The translations under genes and the position numbers were made by a program. A model generated the notes under the pieces. That model was not told where the DNA came from. It saw nothing but the letters and a program-made list of their open reading frames with translations, and searched no databases. From contig CP075494.1 in NCBI GenBank assembly GCA_021613535.1, positions 2,480,001-2,544,000 of the forward strand: a stretch of DNA of 64,000 nucleotides. Direction: 5' to 3'. The stretch's first letter is position 1; every line of letters begins with the position of its first letter. Source of the stretch: Adineta vaga (Eukaryota; Animalia; Rotifera). This document shows positions 63,733 through 64,000 of this stretch, piece after piece.

Positions 63733-64000
63733 ATGTCTACAATGAAATTTGAATTCTTCCCAAATGAAATCTTACTTCAATGTTTTCAATATCTTAATAT
63801 TATTCATATTTTTCATTCATTTGATCAATTAAATCATCGTTTCAATTCTCTTATTCGAACTATTTCATTTCATTTGAATTTTCAAAATATTCAAAACAAA
63901 TTTCAATGTGAAGAATTTTGTCAGAAATTATCCACTGATGAAACAATTCGAAATCAACTATATTCATTACATTTATCTAATGGAAATACATTTTATCCAG
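63733..64000 (+). CDS. F-box protein, 5' part (runs off window)
   Basis: MSTMKFEFFPNEILLQCFQYLNIIHIFHSFDQLNHRFNSLI...LYSLHLSN, open to the window end. Confidence 0.8.
   Translation, partial: MSTMKFEFFPNEILLQCFQYLNIIHIFHSFDQLNHRFNSLIRTISFHLNFQNIQNKFQCEEFCQKLSTDETIRNQLYSLHLSNGNTFYP

Overview
AT-rich eukaryotic genomic DNA with short (about 50-70 nt) GT-AG introns. The gene content points to a bdelloid rotifer (inference): ART-TPR and ART-NHL proteins, orphan rhodopsin-like GPCRs, an LDLa/EGF-GPCR, F-box/LRR genes, many foreign-looking genes and TGTGGG repeats. The left 14 kb is an island of probably horizontally acquired enzymes: a Pls-type NRPS C-terminus, a decayed MATE / KamA-type aminomutase / D-Ala-D-Ala-ligase-like trio, an intronless beta-helix gene and an HxxxDG acyltransferase, plus two tRNA genes. 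The rest holds five ADP-ribosyltransferase-type modules, GPCRs, a ricin-B lectin, an LTR-Gag fragment fused in frame to a four-vWA protein, a secreted protein with a phage tail-collar domain, a full-length LINE with a perfect 21-bp TSD inside an F-box gene, two MITEs, a foldback and a Penelope-type hammerhead ribozyme. The most striking unexplained structure is a family of about 15 short inverted repeats built from telomere-like hexamers (TTGAGGGTGTGGG...CCCACACCCTCAA), mostly 80-500 bp downstream of gene 3' ends and sometimes at apparent rearrangement junctions. All calls are from reading motifs by eye; no searches were run.
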